This document shows, in pieces, positions 26,119-40,063 of a DNA stretch of 64,000 bases. The notes below the pieces were generated by a model, which worked only from the letters and a program-made list of their open reading frames with translations, was not told the DNA's origin and did no database searches. The DNA comes from Lingula anatina (Eukaryota > Animalia > Brachiopoda), in NCBI GenBank assembly GCA_051362555.1, contig CM120643.1, positions 25,920,848 to 25,984,847 on the forward strand. The letters are read 5' to 3'. Position 1 is the stretch's first letter. The number at the start of each line of letters is the position of its first letter. The position numbers and the translations under genes were made by a program.

Positions 26119-27528
26119 ATGCTGTTTTTCATTTTTCCTATTTGCATTATGCAACTTTCACATTTTCAGATACAAAATTTGTTTAGTGAGAATCCTGTCT
26201 CCCGCCGAGTGGGTAATATTCGAGTGTTGTCCGGATGTCATTTTAACTTAACAAGGCAGTTATACGACCAGACGACTGCAACATTTGGAATGCCAATCAA
26301 CTTGATGGAAGTCGCCATGAAAACGATGGACTCATCGTGTTTCTTTAATTACACCACAATGTTGGAGACGAACCGCAGGACCGTGGTTTTAATGGGTGTT
26401 GAACAAGAAAATTGCAGTCAGCTGACGAACAGCGCAAAAAGAAGTAAATTTGTCGACTTTCGGAAAACGGTCGACGGCTTGATACAAGATGGCCTGGAGC
26501 ACATGTCTCAAATTGTCTACGAAACTGAAAATGCATGGGGAAACAGTAACTTTACACAAGGTAAAAACTTTACAGCCAACGCTACTTCAAGCACGCATAT
26601 ATGTATCAAAGCATCGCCACAAAACCAGGACGTTCATGTTGGTCATGATCCTTCTTCATCAGATTTGAAAACTGTTTTCAAAGATAGATATTTCTATTGC
26701 TTACCGAGGGTTGCAAGCGGACTGACAGACAGTTTTCGAATGACTGACTCTTGGTTCTCTAACAGCACATATTCTAAGTATTGTGGGATCGTCGAACTGT
26801 CAGAGGAGGTTTTCACAGCCACGGTGCTGTACGAGATGAACAAAGAAGAGTGCCTGGCCGAAAATATCCAAGAATACAAGAAGTTGTACCTTTGCCTTCG
26901 ACAAGACATATCAGAACAGTTATGGAAAACTCACGAACCAGGTCTATCCTGTCCATTTCGCCCCAGTGTACTTCCTGCGGCAGTTTTAAACAACACGCAG
27001 GAACTGGCAAAGCTCGCATGTGCAATAGACGTTGATAAAATCAAACCACGTGTCCTGGAAATGGTGGTAAAAAGTGATCCATTTGAATGCCTAATCTGGC
27101 TGTCCAGCGGTTCCGCTATGAAGATGAAAGACTTTATCTCGATGGTAAAAGTATACATTTATTCTGTGTATATTCTCTGTCCGTTGTCTTTTTTGTGCAA
27201 CATTATCATAGTGGTCGTTATTGTGCGCGGCGAACGAAAACTGAAAGGAAGATCAGAAACCAAGACCTTCTTGTCTTGCACCCTTGGAATAGCGCACTTC
27301 CTAAGAGCTGTGAGTGAATTATTGGTAGGGATAATGACCGATTTATATCAGAGAGTACATTTCACTGGATTCACAAGTGCCCTTTGCAGCACGTTATTCA
27401 CTGCAGACATTTTCACCTCAGACTGGGCTGCAGTTCTCATCTTCATCATAACACTTGACAGATTTCTTTTTGTCTGTTTCCCGTTCAAAACCAGTTTCAT
27501 ATGCGCCAGAAAAAGTCTCTTCAGATCG
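26119..27528 (+). CDS. GPCR copy 2, exon 1
   Basis: 470 codons; clear paralog of copy 1; same donor AGATCG|GTAAGT. Confidence 0.9.
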
Positions 27529-27771
27529 GTAAGTGTTTTGAAGTAAAGAAAAGGACAGTTCTTAACAATTTAGATGCCTTTTGTTGTTTTTATTTGTTTT
27601 TATTTTCTTTCAAACGACTGCGCTTAAATTTTAAGACGTCAAATGCAATATTTTGCAAACCAACTATGAATTATGAAGTGAGATTCAGGGTAAGATTCCA
27701 GAATTTCAGAGCATAGTTGGACTTAATCTGTATGATCAGCGTGTACCTGTCATTATTGAAATAGACATTAA

Positions 27772-28377
27772 AGTCATAATAACTTCGTTTTGGCCAAAAA
27801 TTTTCCTGGTGTAAACGGGAATTTTCCCGTACTTACCAATGGTCAGCGACCCATTCCTACATTCATAGTTAGTCCAGGTTTTTTTTCCTAGAAGTTTGGT
27901 TTTTTGTTAAAATCTCTTAAGAGATTTTAACAGACGGAGCCCTCTCTGACATTGCATAGTCACGCCATATCGAGCGAGAGGTTCTGGTGACCTACTTAAA
28001 ACCGCGGAAAAGCAGCGGCTACAACACTATATAACAATAATATAAGATTCATACGATGTATTCGTCTTATTGCTCAAAATTGCATTAAAATCTACAATGT
28101 GTGCAGTTCTGGACTTTTCGTTATCTCTTATGCCACCATTTGTTGCTTTGGTCTCGAATGAACGCGAAAATCCGCGTGACTCCCCAACGTCATTGGCAGC
28201 GTATGCCTTGACGACCGTGAAGAAAGACATCGAAAGCCCCATTGACAAGCACAGATTTTAGTTTTACTGCAATAACAGCCGTTTTAGTGGTAAAATGCAA
28301 TATAATATATTTCCATGCGTTGTTTACAATGTATTTCTTACGGAATTTTGAATCTCAACGGAAGAGTTATTATTGCT
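27772..28377. mobile_element. Kolobok-like non-autonomous DNA transposon in the intron of copy 2
   Basis: TTAA TSD at 27768-27771 and 28378-28381; TIR AG(TC/CA)ATAATAACT; empty site GACATTAAGAG in the copy 1 intron (~19028). Confidence 0.85.
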
Positions 28378-29262
28378 TTAAGAGCAAGTTTTAAGCGACA
28401 TGAAAAATCCCGATTTGTATTGAAACCACCTCTGTTGTCATTTTTCATGATGCAGTGATTCTCAACAGATATAATAGTTAAACATGCAATTTGCAGTAAA
28501 TGATTTCTTATCAGTGTATGGAATTTAAAGGGCCCTAACCTTAACATACCCAGTAGCACATTTTAAATCTCTTTGTATTTTCCTTTTTTTTTAAATATAC
28601 CCGAATTATCCATAATCGTTTACGTAAGTACGCTCGATATACCCTCTGTAGAGTTATCAGCGATATGTGTTTGAGTCACGCTCGTAATAAAGATGGAGTT
28701 ATGTGACTTTTACTATGACATAAAAATTTAACACTAAAAAGAGGGTTTATAAATGTTTAACACCGATTTTTGGGATAGGGTGGATTATTATGTTATTTGC
28801 CAAATGGACAAAATTTCAAATACAATGCTTTTTTTAATAACTGAGAAAAATAACTCACATGACGTATGATTGGAAGATGTTGCTTTTGATTTGATCTTTC
28901 ATATACAGTCATTACATATTTAAAAAACTGTTCAACTTCAAAATAATTTCATTGTTAAAAAGCTGCATTGGGTGACTCAACTTTTCACAAGAAGAAAAAA
29001 AATGAAAACTTGGTTTTACCATGATATTAACGTCACAGGGATCAAAATCATTTGAGTTTGTTTCGTTTGTCATACGTTTTGTTGGGGGGGGGGGGGGGGG
29101 GAGGGGAGGTGGAGGGAGGGACGAAGGATAATGTTACGTGCCCCACCATGTACGTAGATTATTCAATGATATGCAGTAATTACACCACCTGACGTTTATC
29201 AGCCACCATAATCTTATACCACGAACCAGTCTCCGAAACTGTCACTTCTTTCATTTTTGCAG

Positions 29263-29790
29263 ATGGTTTATGCCGGGGCAGCAGCATCTGGAGCCGTGGC
29301 CTTTGCAAGCTTACTGTACACTGACGCCCCGTGTGCGTTAGCTGTTGAGAAATACCATGGATGGCAGAGACGCTTAGGAATTGTAGCAGCAATACGCATC
29401 ATCGGTAGAATCATGATGTTGTTCTCCATTATTGGGATGAACATCAAGATAATACATTTTATCTGGTCTCAAAGAAAATCCCGAAAAGAACTCACATCTG
29501 GCAGGAGATATAAGAAAAAGAATAAGGAAATAATAAGCACCGTGTCTCTGTTGGTTTCGTCTCTTTTTTTCCTTATTCTTTGTACGACCTCTGTTGTAAG
29601 TATGGTTTTCATAGCATATGTGCCTGTTGAAGGAATACCTTTGTTTGTAGGGTATATTTTTTATGTTGGTAGAGTTGGCGAGTTGTTATACCATGCGTTC
29701 AATTTACTGGTTTTTCTAATCAGTGGTTCGGAATTCCGAGCACAGTTAAAGGAGTTGTTTACTCGAAACACTGCCAGTACACGAATTTAG
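29263..29790 (+). CDS. GPCR copy 2, exon 2 (645 aa in total)
   Basis: TTTTTGCAG acceptor; 528 nt; TM4-TM7. Confidence 0.9.
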   Translation: MVYAGAAASGAVAFASLLYTDAPCALAVEKYHGWQRRLGIVAAIRIIGRIMMLFSIIGMNIKIIHFIWSQRKSRKELTSGRRYKKKNKEIISTVSLLVSSLFFLILCTTSVVSMVFIAYVPVEGIPLFVGYIFYVGRVGELLYHAFNLLVFLISGSEFRAQLKELFTRNTASTRI

Positions 29791-30981
29791 GGACAGCCAA
29801 TACAACATTTTATTTGCAATGCCCAGCCTCGGTTGGCAGTCTGACCACAGTATAGGATTATTTATTTGCTTTATCATGACATTAACTGGGGACATACACT
29901 ATTCAACAAAACTGGCTTTTTAATCCAACGTTTTGATTTCGAATATTTTACCTAACGTTTTTTCCTTAATGGATTAAAATGATTCTCAGATTCACGTTCA
30001 TTTTTACCTAAGATTCGTACTAGTAAGTAAATTAGGCAAAATCAGTCGCAGTTATGGGATAAGACAACTTAATCCCATTTACTTAATTTACTTAATACTG
30101 CGAATGAGTGGAAATCGTCCAAGTTAGCCCGAATTGTCAACACATAGCTAAAATTCGACTGAGATCTCGCAGTAATTCCAGAACCAGGGTCCTGAAGGGA
30201 TGGATAATATCTGCCGTAATGCATGTCCGTAGGACAACTGTTACTTAGTATTTTAAGTTTTGCAGACACGAATCGATGGCCTTGTCGGACATATTTTTTT
30301 CCAATTAAACTAAGAATTGATGTTTCCAGACGTAGCTGTGTGCGTTTATTTTTGTTGAAGTTATGTAATTTATTAAATTCAGACAAGATTATGTTATTTA
30401 TAATTAAAGCTATACTTTTTCGGGATAAATGATTTATTTCAAATAGAACTCCCAACCCACCTTAATTAAATAAATGATAAAGAAAAGAAGAACCAAAAAT
30501 TACTAAATTAAATTCAAATTTCATTTAATTACTTTTGTATTTTTAATTTTGTTAAATCAAATCATATAACTGTACATGTGATTTCAAATTAGAGCCATTC
30601 CTTTTTATTGTCATGTTAAAGTGGAAAGCACGTACTTTTCTAATATAAAGTACATGTAGTCACTTTTTCATCCAGACGCCTTACCCATCAGCCTGTGTGA
30701 ACGCTTCGAAAGACCGTCCGAAAATTACCGATTCCTATCCCTTCGCGTTTATAATAATAATATGGGCATGTAATATTTAATATTACTTGTACAGACATTT
30801 GTTATGTAGGACATTTGTTCAGTGTGAAAAGAAATTATGTCCGGCAGGAATATATGTCCTGGCTCCGTATAAATACAGCTGGGAATCTGTAGGTCCAGGT
30901 AGGACAGTACATCCCAGAGAACGTATGTCCAGAAGACATGTATTCCTTTCACACCGCTCAAAAATAATGGCAGATGATGTA

Positions 30982-31518
30982 CTGACAGTCAATGAAACAC
31001 AGCAGAAAACTTTCTTGTACTTTTTTTTACCGAGAATCAATTCCAACCATATAAACGAGTACAAATGCCCTTGTTTGGTCATAAGAGAGTGGGCTGACCA
31101 CTCGGATGTTTAAAATTTCCGCTTCAGTGATTTTGTGATCAGCTGATACAAAACCATGCGTTTTTCCTGTCTCGTGATTGGTGTGAAATAATCAGATTCA
31201 ATATATGGTGATTAATTAAGCCTATTTAAGGTAGTCACCAAATCCAGTGTGACACATGACAAAAATTTTCAGTGATGCCATGTCTGACACTGGAAGAGCG
31301 ACTGCGGGCCCTGGGGGCTGGAGGCTGGAGGCTGGGCGGAACCAAAGAGATTTGATCACGTAACCTTGCATTTTAATGATCTTTTCTGACCTTTATTTCA
31401 CCTTGTGTGACTGAAAAATGGGTCATATTTCACACGAAAACTGTTTTTTTTCTTAATGTGCCAAAGGAACTTAAAATATTATTTGATAAATAAATGATGC
31501 GTTTTCATCGACTGTCAG
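30982..31518. mobile_element. TA-flanked MITE (Tc1/mariner-like)
   Basis: TIR CTGACAGTC(A/G)ATGAAA flanked by TA; absent from the paralogous site at ~21235 (GATGATATATACATTC). Confidence 0.8.
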
Positions 31519-34500
31519 TATATATACATTCTGCTTGTTTTCTGTGAAAATACAGACTGCTGCACAACTGTAACGACATATGTTTGTTTTGAGTGGTATT
31601 CCGTAAAGCTCTCTGCGACTTTCTCTCATATTGATAAAAAGTAAGCCCTACCTCATGCTTTCTGACCAAATATTTTTCTTGTCTCCTTTTAAGGTATCTC
31701 TGACGATTTCCATAAAGAGTTTAAATCACCATTACATATAATCATGAACATTAACTTAATTAGATCACGGTATTTTCTTTGCACATCTATTTAATTTGGG
31801 GCTGGGGAAAGAATAAGAGGAATTCCCTGAAAATTAGCCAAATAGAAAACTAACAGAAACCCACTAAAATCAATATTGTTCTGACTATTAGCAATGTTGT
31901 TCTGTTATAAAACTTCATGATTTAATTTTGTTTTTTCTTAGGTTAGGTCAAATTTAACCTAAATTTGGTCTAAACATTAAAACAACTTTAAGGTTTAAGG
32001 GTTTTTCTTTTAATTGTTTCATTTGTGCAAAACGGAACCCGCGTGAGTGCACACGTCTTTATCAAAATGTAAATGACGATGATATACCAATTATTCATTG
32101 TAAAGTTTTTGTGAGGGAATAAACATATTGTTTACAGATAGATCGCACTATTTGTTCCTTAAAAATTTCCCCCTGATTTTCTCTTCAGGTCTATCTCTCT
32201 GAGGCTCTCTGCCCTTGTTCTAGTTATAAAACTTCAATTCATTGATCTAATTCTGTTTTTTCTTAGGTTAGGTGAAATTAAACTTAGATTTGGTCTAAAC
32301 ATTTAAAAGCATTTTAAAGCTTAAGTTTTTTTAAATTGCTTCATTTATGTAAAACGGAACCCACATGAGTGCACACACTTTTAATAAAATGTACATGTGT
32401 ATGTTATACCACGTATTCATTGTATAATTTATGTGAGGGAATAAATATATTGTTTACAGATTGATCGCTCTATTTGTTTCTTTTTTAACTCCCCACCCTG
32501 ATTTTCTGTTCAAGTCTACCGCTGTAAAGTAAATACTGTTTTAAGATAAGTTTTAAGATTTTTAGGTAAGTTTCTAATAATCCTTCCTAATAATAATTTG
32601 ACATTCCGTACAGAGAAAACTATCTTTTGGCACAGCCCGTCTGCGCACACACATTGAGAGCACATTCAAATTGTCACCCATTTTTCAGTTTATAAGATTT
32701 GTGAATTGCAGTAGGTGAGCTTGCACAACAGTCACAATTCATGAGTGTGTGTTTTCTTAGGCTGCAGAAGTGTTTTCTTTCGTTTTAACATTGTATGTGT
32801 GAGTGCGTGTGAGCAATCGTGCCCCATGTCCTGGACAGTTGGAACCTTAATACCTCACCTGTTTGTAAAGGCTCGGCTGTTCTGCCCTCTCATATATGTG
32901 TTATTGAACGTATTTTCGTTTATTGAGAAAAATACATGTACGCAGAATAAAGTCTTCTTTGTTATAGCACTTCTACCGCGTTAAGATTTTTTTCAAATTA
33001 TGAAACAGAAATATGACTTGATGTAGAAACAAACGGGTCAGCTATGGAACCCATGTTGGTTTATACAAAAGATATAGGTCTTATCACGATAGCATAACCA
33101 AGAAACTCAAGTCACGAAGTCCCGAAAAGAGCATTCCTCCTACCAACAGAGATCACACGCCTCAAATCACGAACCATTTATCATGTAAAACTATTCTTTA
33201 ACTGGGAGAGAGACGTTGTCGAGGGAAATTTTTATGTACATTGATCTGCTTCCTAATTTTTCAATTTGAAGCTAGTTGCCTAATTTAGCAGAATATCAGC
33301 AATGTAAACCTGCATCTAACAACATGCCCTCCTTTAGAAGAGACGAGGCCCGTTGGAAACAACTTTGATGGTCTGTAATAGAAGAAAAACCATTCTTTTT
33401 GCCAGAAAATGTCAACTGTCAAACTATTTTTGGTTTAGAATAGGCATTTGGTAGTCAATTCGAATTATGATGAATCTTTCTAATTCTTCTTAATATCTTT
33501 TTATCAATAGCATAAGCCCAACAAATCAACAGATATTGGTATAACATTTATACTGGCGTGTTAACCCCCCCTCCCCCCGAGACTAGAATTACCGGTGCAT
33601 GTTTTTAACTGATGAAATTGCAAATTCCAAGCTATGCGTTCCATAGAATGGTGATATCTGATCTCATCATACGTTCCATTTCATTCGTACAGGTGATATA
33701 CTGCTTTTATAATGATGATGTTTCCTGAGAACGAAATTCTCTAATTGGTACATTTGCTGTCTCTTTAACCTACGTTAGAAGTGTCATGGAAATAATAATA
33801 ATATCTGTATTACAGAAGATTTTCTGTAAGAAAATCACAATAAAAATTAAAATAATATATAACACAGTAAAGAATATTCATAATTAGGAAATGCATGTAT
33901 ACAGGATCACATATTCTCATTATGAATGGAGAATAATATTTTGTAACACGTTAATCTCTGCTGGAATTTAATCACTTTATTGATTTGCACTTTTCGGGAA
34001 CTAAACATGTTATTGTGAAACGCCATAAAAACTTACAGTTTGGTCAAATACTGGAAACCAAAATTATCACACTGTTGGAAAAATTATTTTTGTTTAGTAA
34101 AATTTTATTTTGATATATGGCGCCCATTTTGTATTTGTCAAAAAGCTTAGAAATGAGTGGCATAGGAACAAAAATTTCCAGGTTCTGAAAATTTCTCTTC
34201 GACTTTTTTTAGCTCAACGAAAATGTCCCGATGGAGCCATTGACGTTTTTTTCACATAACTAGAAAGCTACCTACCTGGTATACGTATGAGAGCTCTCGT
34301 CGAACAGTTTAGGCACGAATTAACATTAACACAGTGCATGTTGATCGTGACCAAAATTAATGTATGATTAGGGAATGTGCGAGACTGTTCTGAGCATTTT
34401 CTCGCCCGATTACAGCTTTAATCACTTATTGTTATGGACATCACACCCACGGGTGAGGTGGGGACGATGTTGCACCTACAGATCGCTCATTTTGACTTAT

Positions 34501-36549
34501 GAGATTTCATCGCAAAAATGGGCAAGAGGAATCGATAAAAGTAGAATAAACTGAGTCCATAGCCAAACTTGACAGGTAAAATGACTATGATTTACGGACA
34601 GACTCTGAATTTCAAAGATCACGGGAAATTATCCTCTACCTGCATTCTCAAGGTGGGACAACAATATTAGCTGAAACTGCCTGAATAAGGCATTGATTGC
34701 AGTCAGGATAGAAGGCTGTTGGGGGGGGGGGGAGATGATAAGGGGTGTCCCCTTAGAGATTTTGAGAACATTTTTGAGTATCTTGAAACCTTTTCTCCAT
34801 TCCTTAATCCCAGTCCACCACAAGTCTCTTTCTTTTCTTTCAGTCAGCGAGAAGATAAGTATCACAGGCAATATAAATATCCTGTTTACATGTATTGCAG
34901 TCCTTCAATAGTCCCCTTCCTGCATAAAAAAATGATGTTAATCTGAGTTTTCAGAATTAGAAATATGGCATGTTTGGGTTGACAGAGCTGCAGCTTCACT
35001 ATATGCACAAAGAGGCAAGAAGAGATAAGTCACCATATTTCACAAATATCTTAAAGATCACTTATCTAAAAGTATTCCCACTATAAACACAGCCAAATCC
35101 CATCGTAATATATCAGATAGCATAACGTGAAGAAATATTCCCCAACTTTTTGCTCTTTACAGAATGGACGAAAAAAGAGAACATTTATCATCAGAAATTA
35201 TAAGCAGGTAGGCTTATAAGTGTGTATTCTCAGCAAGCTACCCTGGATATAATACTAATGTCCATTTTAACTAAATTTATAGATAGTTCAACATCTCGTG
35301 AAAGCTGATGTCTATATTTTCATTTTAAGGTTTTCACATATCGCTTGGGACGCTTTGATATTTAAGACATTGTGTCGTCGATCTTTTCGCTTTGTCTCTC
35401 TTAAGCATAACAAGTTCAGCTGGCATAAAATAATGACGAAGAAAATGAATTTACAGTGTATGTAGCCAAATGTTCACAAGCACAACGAAGCTCTGTTTTT
35501 GCTCCAAAATAAGGAAGATAAGTCCATATGACTGAAAATTGTCATTTATTAATGACGAAAACTAATAAGATACAAAGTTACAAAACTGGTGAGATAATAT
35601 AACATACCCTAAACTATTTAAGTGACAAAATATAAAAATAATAAAGTATGTTAATGAGTGTAACCAAGATTAATTAAGAAAAATATGTGAAATCACAACA
35701 GCTATAGGAGCAAAAAGTTGCCCTCCCCCCAAAAAAATATAAATAAATAAATAAATAAAAAGCTACAAATAAAAAAGTATAAATTAAAGTAAGTTAAATA
35801 GTGTCACCAAGATTAATTAAGAAGAAAATGATAAACAATAATAACAACTATTGAAGCAAAAAGTTGGTACAAATGAAAAATAAAGACAACACAAGGATGA
35901 AGGCAGGTTGTAGGGGATGGTGGAGGGTGTACAAATACCAATAAAGAAACGTAAGTAATAATACAATGTAGCTGCTAATACTGCGGGTAAATACATGTAT
36001 CTCCGCAGCTAAAAAGCTGAATGACTTCTCACTGATGCAGCTCGATAGAAATAGTTCCCAAAACAACTTACATAAAATAAAAATGTGTGTGCCTAGATAC
36101 ACAGCAGCTAAGCCATTTCAAAAACTCTGGACATCTGTCATCACCTTGCCTTGGTCAACTACTTAAGGTCAAAATGTGCAGACACAAGACCCAAACTAAG
36201 ACTATTTCCTATACACAAAATGTTGACGTATTATCAAAAAGTTATTACCACCACTAAAAACAAACCATTTCCTACATAAATACAATTATCTTAATTGTAG
36301 TTTTTGAAAATTGTTGTGCGTGCCGTCTCTGTGAAGATACTGTTTTCTTACGTATGTTATTTCGCAGACAGTTCTGCACGGAACATTTAAACATGAAACC
36401 GAAACAATTAAACCTTTCATCATTTATCCTTGTCTATCACGAAATTAATCACACCACATATATAAGCAAAGCTGGTGAGGTCTGTCCATTTTCCAACGTT
36501 TTCTTAGTACATTCGTAACTTCTTTGGCGTGTAACTTCAAGCCAAAGCT

Positions 36550-37962
36550 ATGTTGTTTTACATTTTTCCTATTTGCTTTATGCAACTCTCGTTTTTTCAG
36601 ATAAAAAATTTGTTTAGTGAGAATCCTGTCTCGCGTCGAGTGGGTAAAATTCAAGTGTTGTCTGGATGTCATTTTAACTTTACAAGGCAATTATACGACC
36701 AGATGACTTCAATATTAGGATTTGAAACCAACTTGATGGAAGTTGCCCTAAAAACGATGGATCCATGGTGTGTCTTAAATTACACCAGCATGTTGGACAC
36801 GAAGCGAAGGATTGTTGTTTTAACGGGCGTTGAAAGAGAAAATTGCACTCAGCTGACGAACAGTGCAAAAAGAAGCTCTTTTGATGACTTTAAGAAAACG
36901 GTCGACGGCTTGATACAAGATGGCCTGGAGCGCACGTCGCAAATCGTCTACGAAACTGAAAATGCATGGGGAAACCGTAACCTTACACAAGGTAGAAACT
37001 TTACAGCTAATGCTACTTCAAGCACGCATGTATGTATCAAAGCATCGCCACAAAACCAGAACGTTCATGTTTTTTATGATCCCTCTTCATCAGATTTGAA
37101 AACTGTTTTGAAAGATAGATATTTCTATTGCTCACCAAGGGTTACAAGCGGACTGATAGACAGTGTTCGTTTCGCAGACTCTTGGTTCTCTAACAGCACC
37201 TTTGCTCAGTATTGTGGGGTCGTCGAGTTGTCAAAGGACGTTTTTGTGGTCACGGTGCTGTACGGGATGAACAAAGAAGAGTGTCTGGCCAAAAATACTC
37301 AAGAAACCAGTAAGGAGTTGTACCTTTGCCTTCGACAAGACGTATCAGAGCAGTTATGGACAACTAACGAACCTGGTCTATCCTGTCCATTTCAACCCAA
37401 TGTACTTCCCGCGGAAGTTTTGAATAATACGCGGGAATTAGCAAAGCGCGCGTGCGGAATGGACGTGGATGAAATCAAACCGCGAATCCTGGAAATGGTG
37501 GTAAAAAGTGATCCATTTGAATGTCTCATCTGGTTGTCCGGCGGTTCCTTCCTGAAGATAAAAACATTTTTCGCGGTGTTAAAAGTATACATATATACTG
37601 TGTATATTCTCTGTCCGATGTCTTTTTTGTGCAACATTATCCTAGTGGTCGTTATTGTGCGCGGCGAACGGAAACTGAAAGGAAGATCAGAAACCAAGTC
37701 CTTCTTGTCTTGCACCCTTGGAATAGCGCATGTCCTTAGAGCATTGAGTGAATTATTGGTAGGGATAGTGACCGATTTTAATCAGAAAGGACATTTCACT
37801 GGGTTCACAAGTGCCCTTTGCAACACATTATCCACTGCAGACATTTTCACCTCAGACTGGGCTGCAGTTCTCATCTTTCTCATAACACTTGACAGGTTTC
37901 TTTTTGTCTGTTTCCCGTTCAAAACCAGTTGCATATGCGCCAGAAAAACTCTCTTCAGATCG
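36550..37962 (+). CDS. GPCR copy 3, exon 1
   Basis: 471 codons; paralog; same donor. The ORF track reads on into the intron. Confidence 0.9.
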
Positions 37963-38959
37963 GTAAGTGTTTATGACTTTAAACGTATTGAAGTAAGGAA
38001 AAGGACAGTTCTTAACAATTTAGATTATTTTGTTGTTTTGTTTACTTTCAAACGACCGTGCTTAAATTTGAAAACATATAAAATAGTAAATGATGTCAGT
38101 GCGTTCCATATTTTGAATAGTTGCATAGTTTAGCTTAATCTGTTGCAACAGCATATAGCATCGTTGTCGTTAATAAAATAGACATTATAATTAACAGCAA
38201 GTATTTAGCGACATTAAAAGTCCTGTTTTGTATTGCAACCAGCTCTGTTGTCATTTTTCGTGATTCTCAACAGATATAAAAATTAAAATGCAATTTGCAA
38301 TAAGGTATTTCTGATGAATGTATGGAATTTAAAAAGCGTTAACCTTTACATAGTACATTTAAATTTTCTTTGCAATTTCCTTTTTAACAAACCCGATAGG
38401 GTGGATCATAATATTATTTGCCAAATTGCCAAAATTTAAAAACTATTTGTTTTTCTGATAACTCGCATTGTATACCACAAGGCACAGGGCGTATACCTTT
38501 GTTGCTTTTGGTTTGATTTTTCATTGACCAGAAAAATATCAGGTGACAGTCATTACATATTTTAAAAATTGTTCAACTACACAATAACCGCATTGTTAAA
38601 AGCTATGTTGGGCGACTCACGTTTTCGGCGCATATTTCCTTATTATATCCTTGTACCCTGTAGAATAGTGAGTCAGGATTTTCTTGAGGGCACAGGAAAG
38701 AAATAAATGAAAAACTTAATTTTACCGTGAAATGTACGCCACAGAGATGGAAAATCATTTGATTTTGTCTCTTTATTTATTTATTTATTTATTTATTCAT
38801 TTATTAATTTTTTTTTTTTTTGGGGGGGGGGGGGGGGGGAGAAGTTGGTGATATAGGTACGTGGCCCACCGTGCCCATACACCATCTGACGTTTACCAGC
38901 TACCAAAATCTTATACCACGAACGATTGTTTGAAACTCTCACTTCTTTCATTTTCACAG

Positions 38960-39487
38960 ATGGTTTTTGCCGGGGCAGCAGCATCTGGAGCCGTGGCCTT
39001 TGCAAGCTTACTGTACACTGATGCCCCGTGTGCGGTAGCTGTTGAGGAATACCATGGATGGCAGAGACGCTTAGGAATTGTAGCAGCAATACGCATCACC
39101 GGAAGAGCCCTAATATTACTCGCCATTACCGGGATGAACATCAAGATAATACATTTTATCTGGGCTCAAAGAAAATCCCGAAAAGAACTCTCAGCTGGCA
39201 GAAGAAATGAGAAAAAGATAAAAGAAATAATTAGCACCGTGTCTCTGTTGGTTTCGTCTATTTGTTTCCTTATTTTGTGTACGGCATCTGTTATAAATAT
39301 GTTTTTTACAGCATATATAGCTGGAGGAGCAATACCCATGTTTTTAGGGTATCTTTTTTATATTGGTAGAAGCGGCGAGTTGTTATACCATGCGTTCAAC
39401 TTATTCATTTTTCTAATCAGTGGTTCGCAATTTAGAGCACAGTTAAAGGAGTTGTTAACTCGAAACACTGTCGGTGCAGGAACTTAG
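38960..39487 (+). CDS. GPCR copy 3, exon 2 (646 aa in total)
   Basis: TTTTCACAG acceptor; 528 nt. Confidence 0.9.
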   Translation: MVFAGAAASGAVAFASLLYTDAPCAVAVEEYHGWQRRLGIVAAIRITGRALILLAITGMNIKIIHFIWAQRKSRKELSAGRRNEKKIKEIISTVSLLVSSICFLILCTASVINMFFTAYIAGGAIPMFLGYLFYIGRSGELLYHAFNLFIFLISGSQFRAQLKELLTRNTVGAGT

Positions 39488-39816
39488 GAATGCCAATACG
39501 ACAACTTATTATTGGTAATGCCCAACCTCGGTTACCACAGTAGGGATAATTCATTTGCTTTATCTTAATGTTAACTGGGAACATGCACAATTAAAAAAAT
39601 TGGCTATTTTATCCAACGTTTTGAGAGCGAATATTTTACCGAACGGTGTTCTATTGATGGACCAAAATAATTCTCAGATTCACGTATATCTCTTAAATAA
39701 GGCAAAATTAATAAGTTATGGTATAAGACAATTTACGCCCATTTACCAAATTAATTTGCAGGGCTAGCCTCTGAAGAGTCGGGTCACAAATGATGGCAGG
39801 TGCTTGTTTTTTCTTA

Positions 39817-40063
39817 GGGACCATTCCCACATATATTTGGATCGATCTATCTCCCTGGTGAGTCTCACTTAATTGCTGTCAAACTAACGGGCTTAAATGT
39901 CTGTCACGCCTAGTAAAACTGTTAGGGGGGATTATCTTTACCCCTAGCTGATTCGGTAGGCGTGACTTTTAAGCCTCTTGAGCTGATAGCAATTTAGCGT
40001 GAACCCCCAGGGAGTTAATTAGGTCGATCCAGATGGATCGATCTAAGTATGGGAACCCAGTCT
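39817..40063. mobile_element. MITE, copy B (family shared with 9911-10145)
   Basis: Imperfect TIR with GATCGATCTA cores, flanked by TTA/TAA; possibly Harbinger-derived. Confidence 0.65.
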
